DNA of 64,000 nt from Chloroflexota bacterium (GCA_002722455.1 PBMB01000001.1:43138-107137), one strand, 5' to 3'; numbered from the stretch's first letter, positions 38,969 through 48,046 are shown. Numbers and translations: made by a program. Notes: generated by a model from the letters alone, not told the origin.

Positions 38969-39463
38969 TTAGAATGGGATGTCGTCATCATCATCATCTA
39001 CTGGTGGAGCCGATTGTGGTTGTGGTGCTGCTTGTTGTGGCTCTGGAGCCGATTGCGGTTTAGCAGGTTGTGACGGTGCTGCTTTTGAAGGTGCTGCTGC
39101 TTGCTCTCCGTCTCTACGTCCACCAATGCCTTGTAGCTGACCTCCACTCATAGGATTTATCATAACTTCTGTAATGTATACGTCTTTACCTTCATTGTTT
39201 GTGTATTTACGGTGAGTTAGCATACCTACAACTTGAACTGGTTGACCTTTTTTAAGGTAACTTGCGAATGTTGCTGTTGAACCAAAACCAACCACTCTGT
39301 GGAATTGAGGGTTTTCTTTGATTTCACCTGTTTCTTTATCTTTCCAAGTTTCGCTTGTTACGACACTTAGTGTTACTGCTTTGTTTCCTTCCTTGATCTC
39401 TCTGATTTCTGGATCAGAGGCAAGATTACCAATAAGAATTACTTGATTAAAACCTTTTTGCAT
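38969..39463 (-). CDS. ssb: Single-stranded DNA-binding protein
   Basis: OB-fold N-terminus (VILIGNLASDPEIR...). Gly/Pro/Gln-rich linker. Acidic tip DDDDDDIPF. Confidence 0.9.
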   Translation of the reverse strand: MQKGFNQVILIGNLASDPEIREIKEGNKAVTLSVVTSETWKDKETGEIKENPQFHRVVGFGSTATFASYLKKGQPVQVVGMLTHRKYTNNEGKDVYITEVMINPMSGGQLQGIGGRRDGEQAAAPSKAAPSQPAKPQSAPEPQQAAPQPQSAPPVDDDDDDIPF

Positions 39464-39682
39464 AATTTTTTCTTCCTCTACTATTATTACGACTAAATTT
39501 TACGTTTTTGATTATGCATTTAAAAAAAATAAAAGTCAAACCTTTTTTCAACTTTTTTGTCCTTTTTATATGCTTGATTACTATAATACTATAAAGCCAG
39601 AATAAATCAAACTTATCCATTGCTTTTTTAATAATTAAAGCTATCATAAATGAATAAATAAAAAAATCAAGAGGAATTTTTA

Positions 39683-40477
39683 GTGAAAAAAATATTTATT
39701 TTACTTAGTGTTTTTTTTTCATTGCAAGCAAACGCACTTACTAAAGAAGAGTGGGTTAATTTTATTATTGATAGTGTTGAAACAAAAGAAGATTTAACTT
39801 GGAGTTATGATACCACAAAGTTAAAAACTTATGCTAAAATGGCTAAAAATGAAGATATTAATACTCTAGAAGAAATAGCAAGTGGCGATGATATTCAGGT
39901 TAAAAATGCTTCAAAGTACTTACTTGCATTACTAGGTGAAAAAACTAACAAGTTTTTAATAGATAACTATTTAGAAGATAAAGATATAAAAAATAGTTTA
40001 TATTATTTGAATCTTAATTTTATCAACACTCCTGACAAAAAAAGTTTTTGGCAATATCTTTTATCTAAAGAAAATGTTTCAAAAAATATTGTTTTAGATT
40101 CATTTGAAGAATGCAGTGATTTTGAAGATGTCAATTTGTTAGGTGGTCAGGTGTTTGAATTTAATTCTTATGATGATTTTTATAACAAAAGGGATTTGTT
40201 ATCGAATTATACTAACTTGGATTTAATGCATATTGAATTTGAATTATCAGACGCTGAATATCCTGTATCAATTACTTTGTTTAGTAACAAGTTTACTGTT
40301 AATAAAGAAAGCGATGATCTTTGTTTAAAGGCAAGTGAAAATGTTGATTATGTTTATTTACAAAAGATTGGAGCATTATACAAACAATATCAGAAAGAAG
40401 ATTTTTTAAAACCTATGTGTGACAGTTTAGAATCGAACATGCTTTTAAAATCAAAATTTAATTATCTTTGTATTTAA
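39683..40477 (+). CDS. Secreted hypothetical protein (264 aa)
   Basis: Signal peptide MKKIFILLSVFFSLQANA. No known domain. Confidence 0.45.
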   Translation: MKKIFILLSVFFSLQANALTKEEWVNFIIDSVETKEDLTWSYDTTKLKTYAKMAKNEDINTLEEIASGDDIQVKNASKYLLALLGEKTNKFLIDNYLEDKDIKNSLYYLNLNFINTPDKKSFWQYLLSKENVSKNIVLDSFEECSDFEDVNLLGGQVFEFNSYDDFYNKRDLLSNYTNLDLMHIEFELSDAEYPVSITLFSNKFTVNKESDDLCLKASENVDYVYLQKIGALYKQYQKEDFLKPMCDSLESNMLLKSKFNYLCI

Positions 40478-40492
40478 TTACAATTAAAGATA

Positions 40493-40529
40493 AACCGTAA
40501 AGAGTTATCTTTACGGTTTTTTTTAGTTC
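40493..40529. terminator. Bidirectional terminator
   Basis: aaaccgtaaag-agttatc-tttacggtttttttt. Confidence 0.65.
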
Positions 40530-40726
40530 TCTTGTAGTTCTAATTGTTTTCTAATCCAACGCATGAATTTTATAGCATTATCTTCTGGTAGGAAGGAAGC
40601 GTTTCCTGTGTCTGATACTGGAATTGGAAACTCAAAACCACATTCTGTTTTATAAATTAGTTCTCCTGCTCTGAAATGAACAAACTGAACTTTTTTATTT
40701 TTTACCATATCTTTGATATTTTTCAT
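40523..40726 (-). CDS. Small hypothetical protein (67 aa)
   Basis: Short ORF with a terminator immediately downstream. Function unknown. Confidence 0.35.
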   Translation of the reverse strand: MKNIKDMVKNKKVQFVHFRAGELIYKTECGFEFPIPVSDTGNASFLPEDNAIKFMRWIRKQLELQEN

Positions 40727-40763
40727 ACTATAATACTCCTTTTGTTTTTATGAAATTTTACTA

Positions 40764-40837
40764 TGGTATTCCCGACGAGAATCGAACTCGCACTACATGA
40801 TTGAAAGTCATGTGACCTACCGTTAGTCTACGGGAAC
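40764..40837 (-). tRNA. tRNA with UUC (Glu) anticodon, type C
   Basis: Reverse complement folds: acceptor gttcccg/cgggaat, D-arm gact/ggtc, anticodon stem catga/tcatg with loop ctttcaa, T-arm gcgag-ttcgatt-ctcgt, ACCA. Confidence 0.5.
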
Positions 40838-40844
40838 ATTATTT

Positions 40845-40920
40845 TGGTACACCCAACGGGAATCGAACCCGTACCATAAGATTGAAAGTCTTATATCCTA
40901 ACCATTTAGACGATAGGTGT
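40845..40920 (-). tRNA. tRNA-Glu (TTC), family A
   Basis: Reverse complement: acaccta-tc-gtct...ggat, anticodon loop ctttcaa, T-loop ttcgatt, CCA. The D-arm tcgtctaaatggttagga is like E. coli tRNA-Glu (tcgtctagaggcccagga). Confidence 0.6.
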
Positions 40921-40927
40921 ATTTTAT

Positions 40928-41003
40928 TGGTACTCTTGTCGGGTTTCGAACCCGATTCTCCTGCTTGAAAGGCAGACGATCTAGCCAAGTAATCTACAAG
41001 AGC
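40928..41003 (-). tRNA. tRNA with UUC anticodon, family B
   Basis: Reverse complement: gctcttg-ta-gatt-acttggcta-gatc, anticodon stem tctgc/gcagg with loop ctttcaa, T-loop ttcgaaa, G73, CCA. Confidence 0.5.
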
Positions 41004-41012
41004 ATTCATATT

Positions 41013-41088
41013 TGGCACTCCCAACGGGTTTTGAACCCGTTTCTCCTGCTTGAAAGGCAGGTGTTCTAACCAAGTAAACTATAGGAGT
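41013..41088 (-). tRNA. tRNA with UUC anticodon, family B
   Basis: Clean cloverleaf: actccta-ta-gttt-acttggtta-gaac-a-cctgc-ctttcaa-gcagg-agaa-acggg-ttcaaaa-cccgt-tgggagt-g-cca. Confidence 0.55.
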
Positions 41089-41096
41089 AAACTTTT

Positions 41097-41171
41097 TGGT
41101 ACACCTAGTGGGAATCGAACCCACACCGCAAGATTGAAAGTCTTGTATCCTAACCGTTAGACGATAGGTGT
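41097..41171 (-). tRNA. tRNA-Glu (TTC), family A
   Basis: acaccta-tc-gtct-aacggtta-ggat..caaga-ctttcaa-tcttg..gtggg-ttcgatt-cccac-taggtgt-a-cca. Confidence 0.6.
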
Positions 41172-41174
41172 ATA

Positions 41175-41248
41175 ATGCTAAAACTGATAGGAATCGAACC
41201 TATATTTTCATTTGTCAACATTTCTTACGTTAGAAGACAGTTTAGCAT
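41175..41248 (-). pseudogene. tRNA-like remnant with a disrupted anticodon arm
   Basis: Has the T-arm atagg-ttcgatt-cctat and an extended acceptor-like stem (atgctaaactg/cagttttagcat), but no pairable anticodon stem (…aaatgttgacaaatgaaaat…). Confidence 0.35.
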
Positions 41249-41251
41249 TTT

Positions 41252-41327
41252 TGGTACACCCAACGGGACTCGAACCCGTATCACAAGATTGAAAGTCTTG
41301 CATCCTGACCATTTAGACGATGGGTGC
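41252..41327 (-). tRNA. tRNA-Glu (TTC), family A
   Basis: gcaccca-tc-gtct-aaatggtca-ggat-g-caaga-ctttcaa-tcttg...acggg-ttcgagt-cccgt-tgggtgt-a-cca. Confidence 0.6.
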
Positions 41328-41338
41328 ATCTTAATTTT

Positions 41339-41414
41339 TGGCACTCTTGTCGGGTTTCGAACCCGATTCTTCTGCTTGAAAGGCAGATGATCTAACCAAG
41401 TAATCTACAAGAGC
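41339..41414 (-). tRNA. tRNA with UUC anticodon, family B
   Basis: Near-identical to 40928-41003 (…atctgc-ctttcaa-gcaga…ttcgaaa…). Confidence 0.5.
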
Positions 41415-41423
41415 ATTTATATT

Positions 41424-41499
41424 TGGCGATCCTAACGGGATTCGAACCCGTGTTACAAGATTGAAAGTCTTGTGTCCTAACCTACTAGACGATAGGATC
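41424..41499 (-). tRNA. tRNA-Glu (TTC), family A
   Basis: gatccta-tc-gtct-agtaggtta-ggac-a-caaga-ctttcaa-tcttg-taac-acggg-ttcgaat-cccgt-taggatc-g-cca. Confidence 0.6.
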
Positions 41500-41509
41500 T
41501 TTATATTTT

Positions 41510-41584
41510 TGGTACTCCTGACGGGAATTGAACCCGTTCCCTCTGCTTGAAAGGCAGATGATCTAACCAGTAATCTACAGGAGC
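41510..41584 (-). tRNA. tRNA with UUC anticodon, family B
   Basis: gctcctg-ta-gatt-actggtta-gatc-atctgc-ctttcaa-gcaga-ggga-acggg-ttcaatt-cccgt-caggagt-a-cca. Confidence 0.5.
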
Positions 41585-41591
41585 ATTTATA

Positions 41592-41667
41592 TGGTGTTCT
41601 CTATGGGATTCGAACCCATGTTTCAAGAGTGAAAGTCTTGCGTCCTAACCTACTAGACGAAGAGAAC
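41592..41667 (-). tRNA. tRNA-Glu (TTC), family A (most E. coli-like copy)
   Basis: gttctct-tc-gtct-agtaggtta-ggac-g-caaga-ctttcac-tcttg-aaac-atggg-ttcgaat-cccat-agagaac-a-cca. The anticodon loop ctttcac is identical to E. coli tRNA-Glu. Confidence 0.65.
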
Positions 41668-41726
41668 AAAAAAAACGCCTTAGAATCGATTCCAAGGCGT
41701 TTTTAAAACAATACAATCGTTTTTTA

Positions 41727-42020
41727 AGCGTCTTGGATTCTATCACCGTCACCAAGACTATTATTATCTTAGTTAGGTAATATAAATTTCCTCTCGTTCT
41801 TCAAATGTAATAAATAAAATTTTCATAATTGTAATCTCTCTTTTAATTGAATAATTAGTGTTTAAAAATGTTAAAAATAAAAAAACGTCTTGATTTTAAA
41901 ACCAAGACGTCTTTAAAACTGTTGTTTTCATAAGTGTCTTGGTATCTACCACCGTTCCAAGACACATGTGTGAATTGTTTAGGTAGTATAATTTTCCTCT
42001 CGTTCTTCAAATCTAACAGT
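41727..42020. repeat. Two copies of an ~90-bp direct repeat, each carrying a gtcttgg...ccaagac hairpin and the box tttcctctcgttcttcaaat
   Basis: Copy 1 at about 41727-41815 (aagcgtcttggattctatcaccgtcaccaagac...taggtaatataaatttcctctcgttcttcaaatg). Copy 2 at about 41930-42020 (gtgtcttggtatctaccaccgttccaagac...taggtagtataattttcctctcgttcttcaaatc). A third related hairpin acgtcttgattttaaaaccaagacgt lies at 41884-41912. Confidence 0.6.
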
Positions 42021-42217
42021 AAACATAATTTATTCCTCTATATATAATTAATTTTGGTAAAGCTGAAACTTGTTGTTTTGTGTTTCTCACTTTATGTTTA
42101 TAAGTATAAGACATTAATTTATTCTTGTCAATACTTTTTTAAAATTTTTTTTATTTTTTTGTTTTGTTTTCAACCACTTATGTTTTTTTAATAGTATACC
42201 CTACGCAAGTTTAGCGC

Positions 42218-42252
42218 ATAAAAAAAGACCTTTGGTTCTTCCAAAGGTCTAA
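42218..42252 (-). terminator. Rho-independent terminator (minus strand)
   Basis: On the minus strand: gacctttggaagaaccaaaggtc followed by a T7 run. Confidence 0.5.
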
Positions 42253-42499
42253 AATAATTTTTTTGTATTTTATTTTTGTCTTTGGAAGTTTTCTTTCACG
42301 AACAACTCCCGCAAGACAGGGTGTTCATGTCTACGGTTCTTCTTCCTCAGATTCAAATTTAAATATAAAATTAATATTCATTGTTTTTTCCTAAATGTTT
42401 TTTATATGATTACTAAATTATAATCGTTTTTCTTTTAATAGTCAATGATTTTAAAATAAAAAACATTAAATATTTGTTTTTTAGATTTATCATAAAAAA

Positions 42500-42532
42500 A
42501 GAACCTTCTTGTGAAGGATCTTTTTATTATGT
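42500..42532. terminator. Bidirectional terminator immediately downstream of gene 42541-45015
   Basis: aaaaaaagaaccttc-ttgtg-aaggatcttttt. Confidence 0.6.
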
Positions 42533-42540
42533 TTTATTTA

Positions 42541-45015
42541 TTATTCAGAAGGTTCAGCACTTGCCGCATCAGAAACAATATCATTTACTGTTGATAATCT
42601 GTTTTCTTCTGTATACCAGTCTTGATCTAATGTCCCACCTGATTCAACAAAATTTCTGAATTTTGGATAAGCATCTGTAATCGGTAATCCAAAACGTGGT
42701 GGATACCATTCATGACTGAATAATAAACCCCAAGGCATGCCATTATCATCTAAGAAGAAAGTAGTTGAACCATTACTTCTATCTGCACTACTACCAAATA
42801 ATAAACTAGATTCAGAGTTCACTGTTTGATCCTTGTTTTTCAAATGAATTTCTAATTTTCTATCTTTTACATCAACAACGTCGTTATAACCTAAAAGATC
42901 AGAATATCTTAAATCATTTGGTGAAGAAAAAATAAATGGTTTCAATAAAACTAATGCATCATTTTTTGATATTTCTAAATCTTTTATTGGAATAGAAACA
43001 CTAAATGTCAAATCATCACCTGCAAGACCACAAAGTTGACTTGTTCTATAGAAAGCATTTTCATCGAATATACAAGTATTATCAAAACTTGGATCATCGA
43101 TTACTTCTTTTATATCATCAAATATTCTTACTACTGCTGGTAAGGTATCATTTGTCACGTCTTCTGGAACTATTATCTGTCTTCTTATTGTTGGTCTATC
43201 TAAACCATGATCTACGTCCACTTGAATTTCTTCCGTATTATGTCTTAATACAACATTTGGTAAAGTTTCTGAAGGTCCGCCTATTTTTGAATCAAATACT
43301 TTTGATTCGATTTGAGAAGTAGTTATAAAGTTTGTTGGATCATCATATTGCATTAATTCAAATCCAAATCCATTATTATATTTAGCACCATAATGAGCAA
43401 CTTGACCGACAATATCTATTCTTCTTAAATAATTATTTTCAAACATAAATTCTTGTCTGTATTTAATAACCACGTCATTGAAGTCATAGTCTGCTTGCTC
43501 AGGCCATTTATCTTCAAAAGCTACTGTTGCAAACCCGTCTTTTGAAGGAAAATAAATATTTTCATGAATTGTATTGGTTAGATTTATTTGATAATCCTCT
43601 ACTTCACCTGGACCAGAAGCACCGTAAGGTGACATTTTCATATCAACATCACTAGATCTAAATCTTACCCAAGTTGTTCCTAGTTCTACACCATTCGGAA
43701 CATCTATGTTAAAGTTTGTTTCACCAGTTGTTATTATTTCATCACCGTCTGTTGTTATTATTTTGTGACCTTTTGGATAAGCTAATGCTGCGTCTAAAAC
43801 TTGCTCACTATTTTCAAATATTTCATTGTTATTGAAATCAATCCATCCACTAACATAAGTTAAGCCACCACTAACTTTAACTGTTATTTCTGTGACCATA
43901 TCTTCTTCCACATTTGCGTTCTGTAAAGTGACTCCAGAAGCCAAGAATACACCGTCATCACCCGAATCCTGACCGTAATCGCTATCTATATTTACGATAT
44001 CACTTAAATCAACTTCAACTGATTCACCTAATGAATAGGTTGGTGCATATCTTGATTTAGAAAAATCAAGACCTGATAAAGATGAACTTCTTGGTGCATG
44101 ACCATAATCAAAATCTTCTGTTGGTAGTGCGGCTTGTTGACATCTTGCACCGTCATTACCCTGAGCACTAAATCCATTTGCAGATAACGTTATAGCGTCA
44201 GAAGGATTCGTTCCTGAATTTATGGATGGAATATCTATTTTATAAACATTACCTGTTTTATTGTTAGCTACATATAAATTACCGCTATTATCAAAGTATG
44301 TTGCACCAAAAAAACCAGGGTCTGAAATTCCAAGATTACCAAGATTTGTATTTTGACCTGTTGTTGGGTCTATTCTAATCAAATCAGCATTTCCACCTTT
44401 TCTACCTGAACCTACACCATAAAACATATTATCACCAGTAACGTCTTCTTCACCAATTATTTCATTGTATGCCATATCACCCAAGTAATTACTTAAATTA
44501 CTACCTGAACCTACAACTTCTAAATTGTATTGATCAGCACCTTCATTTAAATTTATTCTTATTAGGGTATTCGGATTTGAAAAACCATACCAGTAACCAC
44601 TAACAACATCTGCTACATATAGACGATAATTTGTACCAACCAAATCAGGCAAAGGTATTCTTTCAAGTTCATAATCTATTGGAAGATCTACGTCATCTGA
44701 GTTATTTTTCTTTATTATTATTTTTAATAATTCTTTAGTTGACATATCCATTCCATAATAATGATTATCAAGTGTGTTATAACCTACACCATTAATTCTT
44801 ACATAAGGTTGATATTCAAAGTCATCCACAACTTCACCCGTTGCTAAAGACATCGCTCTTAAAAATGTTTTGTTATTTGATATTTGTGTCATTAGCCCAT
44901 GTTCTCCACATTCTGCTATAACTGCACCATCACTATAACTATCATAATCAATTGCCAATGTAGGAAAAGAGCAAATCATTGTGCTTGTTAATAAAGATAA
45001 TTTTATTTTATTCAT
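42541..45015 (-). CDS. Secreted LruC-domain (DUF4842-like) protein with a GEVED motif
   Basis: Signal peptide. FEDKWPEQADYDFNDVVIKY is the hallmark LruC/DUF4842 signature. ASGPGEVEDYQINL is a GEVED-type motif. 824 aa. Confidence 0.5.
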   Translation of the reverse strand: MNKIKLSLLTSTMICSFPTLAIDYDSYSDGAVIAECGEHGLMTQISNNKTFLRAMSLATGEVVDDFEYQPYVRINGVGYNTLDNHYYGMDMSTKELLKIIIKKNNSDDVDLPIDYELERIPLPDLVGTNYRLYVADVVSGYWYGFSNPNTLIRINLNEGADQYNLEVVGSGSNLSNYLGDMAYNEIIGEEDVTGDNMFYGVGSGRKGGNADLIRIDPTTGQNTNLGNLGISDPGFFGATYFDNSGNLYVANNKTGNVYKIDIPSINSGTNPSDAITLSANGFSAQGNDGARCQQAALPTEDFDYGHAPRSSSLSGLDFSKSRYAPTYSLGESVEVDLSDIVNIDSDYGQDSGDDGVFLASGVTLQNANVEEDMVTEITVKVSGGLTYVSGWIDFNNNEIFENSEQVLDAALAYPKGHKIITTDGDEIITTGETNFNIDVPNGVELGTTWVRFRSSDVDMKMSPYGASGPGEVEDYQINLTNTIHENIYFPSKDGFATVAFEDKWPEQADYDFNDVVIKYRQEFMFENNYLRRIDIVGQVAHYGAKYNNGFGFELMQYDDPTNFITTSQIESKVFDSKIGGPSETLPNVVLRHNTEEIQVDVDHGLDRPTIRRQIIVPEDVTNDTLPAVVRIFDDIKEVIDDPSFDNTCIFDENAFYRTSQLCGLAGDDLTFSVSIPIKDLEISKNDALVLLKPFIFSSPNDLRYSDLLGYNDVVDVKDRKLEIHLKNKDQTVNSESSLLFGSSADRSNGSTTFFLDDNGMPWGLLFSHEWYPPRFGLPITDAYPKFRNFVESGGTLDQDWYTEENRLSTVNDIVSDAASAEPSE

Positions 45016-45018
45016 TTT

Positions 45019-45474
45019 TTACTCCTTTGTTAAATCAATTATTTGTTTTTTTGAGCCATTGAAAACAACTAATGCTTTTGAACTATTTAATTTTATATTC
45101 AATAACATTTCAGTTTCACACGGACCTACTTTTTCTGATTCTAATATTATATCTGAAGACTTTGGAACATATGAAGATTCACTAATTTCTGGTGGAAGTT
45201 CGTAGACAACCATAGAACAGTTGACACTATTATCACCTATATTTAATGAAATTTGCTTGGAAGAATCAAAGTTATAATTATCAGGAACATTTAATGACGT
45301 TTGACCTGCTCCACTATCGTCATTATTATCTTGTGTATCGTCTATTGAATCGTCTTGAGAATCGTCTTGTGATTCTTCTTGCATTGATTCTGCACTTTCA
45401 CCACTACTACCACCGCCACAAGCTGTTAATCCTATAAGCATCGAGGTAATAAGGAAATATTTGTATTTTTTCAT
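45019..45474 (-). CDS. Lipoprotein with an acidic Ser/Asp/Gln linker, co-operonic with the LruC-domain protein
   Basis: Lipobox LIGLTAC, then GGGSSGESAESMQEESQDDSQDDSIDDTQDNNDDSG. 4-nt gap to the downstream gene. Confidence 0.5.
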   Translation of the reverse strand: MKKYKYFLITSMLIGLTACGGGSSGESAESMQEESQDDSQDDSIDDTQDNNDDSGAGQTSLNVPDNYNFDSSKQISLNIGDNSVNCSMVVYELPPEISESSYVPKSSDIILESEKVGPCETEMLLNIKLNSSKALVVFNGSKKQIIDLTKE

Positions 45475-45718
45475 AAGGCCTCCTTAATTTTCTGTTTCAC
45501 AATACCTAAGAGGGATTTAATGTAAAAAAGTTTCAGGTTTTTTTAGTAAAAACATATTCATTTATTGCTCCATTTTTTATATTTATCATAATTTGAATAA
45601 TAAAAGGCTTTTATTGTTTAATTTCTTTAATTATTGAATTTTTGTTCATCAATTTTAAATATAAAATTATTTATACTTTTAATTTTTTCTTTTTTTTGTT
45701 GAATAAATAATATTTTTT

Positions 45719-47737
45719 ATGTATAATTCCTCCTTTTATAATGAAATGGATAAATTAGTAATGTTAGAGAGTATAGATTTTAATAATATAACTAAAAATG
45801 AATTTAAGTTTTTGCTTTTTCTATCAAGTAAGGATAATGAAGCGAAAAACTTTTTATTTAATAATGTTTCAAAAATTAATTTTGATTTTTTAGACCTTGA
45901 TGACGACAATACAATGAGAGAGTTTGTCTCCACTCTTTTTAATGAATTTACGGAAAAAGATATAGCTTTATTTTTCAATAATGATTATGAGAATATAATG
46001 TTGCTTTTTAAAGTCAAAGAGTTTGCAACTAAAGAGCAATTTCAAAAATTAAAAGAAAATATTTCAAATGAAAAAATACTAGATAATATTAAAAAGTCTG
46101 ATTTTAAAACCGAGCAAATACTGCATGATTTAAGTATGAATTTAAAAAAAGAAGAGGGTTTTCTGGACGAGAAAATTGTTGAATTTTATCAAGATTTTGA
46201 AAGAGTTTATTTAAAGCTAGGAAATCTACTAATAGATAGAGCTTATTTTTTGGCTGATAAATATCCATTTACTGGCTTTACACAGGAGATTCCATTTTAT
46301 AAAATAGAAAACTTCATTAAAATAAAAAACTTAAATTGTTTAAAAGCCTTTTACTCTTTTTATTCTATTTTTGTTTACGATAAAGGTAGGTTTTATTATT
46401 ACCGTGACATACCTTTTTTATTTGATTCTACCCATGAAAATAAACATTTTACACCTTCTTTTTTTAACTTATGCAGATTTTTATCAGAAAAAAAAATTAA
46501 ATCAGAGACAGAGATCTTGTTATTTGAAAATATTATTAATGATAATTCTAAACTTTATAATCTTTATGATTTTAAAAACCTCAATACAATTAAAGAAATT
46601 AAACGAGATATATCTATCACTAAAGAAGATTTAAATAGAAGTAAAGAATCATTTGATATCCTTTTAAATGAAATAGATAATGATTTATACGATCCAGACA
46701 TTGAATTAGAAAATCTTGCTTGTGACGTTTATTGTTTTGACACAATTTTTTTGGATAATATTTTTTTATTAAGATCAAGCTTAAAAAAAGAAACCTATGG
46801 TAGATTTTATGATTCAGTTTTATGTAATCCTTATTTTTTAACAATTGTTTTTCACTCAATTTTAAAAATTAATTATACAGAAGATAAATATAATTCTTAT
46901 GAAGGTAAAATAACGGATAAAATTGATACTTTTCTTCATTTTCTTAAACACAGTATTAAAAAAGAAAATAACTCTGCTGTTTACGAACAGGTTTTAGAAT
47001 ATTATCCTGAGATGTCTTTTTTAATTGACCTTATCAATCATACTTGTATTCAAACTACAAAAGATTTTTTGTTCTCTTTAATTGATACTGGTGTTAATCT
47101 TCGAACTTTTGTTTCTGATTATCAAACCATAAATAATCAAAAATCGTTTTTTGATTACCTTATTTTGAATCTTTTACCATTAATTCAAGAAAAATGTAAA
47201 TTTAAAAAAAATAAAATTATTTTTAGAGAGGTTGAATATGATTTTAACCTTGATTTCTTTAAGATTTTTTATAAAAAGGCTTTAAATGTTGAACTTAATT
47301 TATATTCTAATAAAGAAAAATTAACATATGTATTCTACAATAGTAGCTTCTTTTCTAGTTGTGATTTTAAAAATGAAATCTTTAAATATTACTTGGAATT
47401 AAATAAAGAATATAATGTTAAAATTAAATCTTTGTTTTTTAATTATAACAACATATTGACAAAAGATTCAGAAGAATTTTATATTTATAAAAAAATAAGA
47501 GGAAAGTATTTTTTCCAAGAAGACGTTTTAGTTTTGGATTATGATTTAGATCATAATAATTATTTATATTATAGAATATTATCTTTTCAAGATTTCAACA
47601 GCATATCCAAAATTACTGGTTGGAATAAATATGATTTCTTCAAAAAAATAAAAAACATAGATTATTTAGAATATGATAAAAATGGATTTTTGACGAATGA
47701 TTTTTATAATATATTAAAACTCAATTTTAATAAATAG
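45719..47737 (+). CDS. Hypothetical, very low-complexity Asn/Lys/Phe/Tyr-rich protein (672 aa)
   Basis: Long ORF with no recognisable motif. Terminator at 47785-47812. Confidence 0.4.
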   Translation: MYNSSFYNEMDKLVMLESIDFNNITKNEFKFLLFLSSKDNEAKNFLFNNVSKINFDFLDLDDDNTMREFVSTLFNEFTEKDIALFFNNDYENIMLLFKVKEFATKEQFQKLKENISNEKILDNIKKSDFKTEQILHDLSMNLKKEEGFLDEKIVEFYQDFERVYLKLGNLLIDRAYFLADKYPFTGFTQEIPFYKIENFIKIKNLNCLKAFYSFYSIFVYDKGRFYYYRDIPFLFDSTHENKHFTPSFFNLCRFLSEKKIKSETEILLFENIINDNSKLYNLYDFKNLNTIKEIKRDISITKEDLNRSKESFDILLNEIDNDLYDPDIELENLACDVYCFDTIFLDNIFLLRSSLKKETYGRFYDSVLCNPYFLTIVFHSILKINYTEDKYNSYEGKITDKIDTFLHFLKHSIKKENNSAVYEQVLEYYPEMSFLIDLINHTCIQTTKDFLFSLIDTGVNLRTFVSDYQTINNQKSFFDYLILNLLPLIQEKCKFKKNKIIFREVEYDFNLDFFKIFYKKALNVELNLYSNKEKLTYVFYNSSFFSSCDFKNEIFKYYLELNKEYNVKIKSLFFNYNNILTKDSEEFYIYKKIRGKYFFQEDVLVLDYDLDHNNYLYYRILSFQDFNSISKITGWNKYDFFKKIKNIDYLEYDKNGFLTNDFYNILKLNFNK

Positions 47738-47784
47738 ATTATAATTTTTTCATTTATATTGAAACTAAATTCAATAATTAAAAA

Positions 47785-47812
47785 AATCGAGTGTCAACTC
47801 GATTTTTTTTGG
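47785..47812. terminator. Bidirectional terminator
   Basis: aaaaaaatcgagt-gtca-actcgatttttttt. Confidence 0.65.
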
Positions 47813-47885
47813 CGTTTCCACAGGGATTCGAACCCCGAACCTTTTGTTTCGTAGACAAATGCTCTTCCAATTGAGCTATGGAAAC
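47810..47885 (-). tRNA. tRNA-Arg (anticodon ACG)
   Basis: Reverse complement: gtttcca-ta-gctc-aattggaa-gagc-a-tttgt-ctacgaa-acaaa-aggtt-cgggg-ttcgaat-ccctg-tggaaac-g-cca. Confidence 0.65.
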
Positions 47886-47889
47886 ATTC

Positions 47890-47966
47890 TGGTATTTCTG
47901 ATCAGAATCGAACTGATGACCTTTGCCATGTCAAGGCAACGCTCTAACCTACTGAGCTACAGAAAT
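47890..47966 (-). tRNA. tRNA-Val (anticodon GAC)
   Basis: atttctg-ta-gctc-agtaggtta-gagc-g-ttgcc-ttgacat-ggcaa-aggtc-atcag-ttcgatt-ctgat-cagaaat-a-cca. Confidence 0.65.
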
Positions 47967-47969
47967 ATA

Positions 47970-48046
47970 TGGTAGTCGTTATAGGATTTGAACCTATGAC
48001 CTCTTCCATGTAAAAGAAGCATTCTAACCAACTGAACTAAACGACC
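47970..48046 (-). tRNA. tRNA-Val (anticodon TAC)
   Basis: ggtcgtt-ta-gttc-agttggtta-gaat-g-cttct-tttacat-ggaag-aggtc-atagg-ttcaaat-cctat-aacgact-a-cca. Confidence 0.6.

Noticed and set aside
39447-39647. 66-aa minus-strand ORF overlapping the ssb start
   Set aside because: Overlaps the ssb 5' end and promoter, has no RBS and is basic and low-complexity. Spurious.
41175-41248. Promoter interpretation of TTGACA inside the tRNA-like remnant
   Set aside because: No properly spaced -10 hexamer. The TTGACA lies where an anticodon arm should be, so it is more likely a decayed tRNA.
40839-41390. ORFs 40839-41024 (-) and 41175-41390 (+)
   Set aside because: Entirely inside the tRNA(UUC) array. Artefacts.
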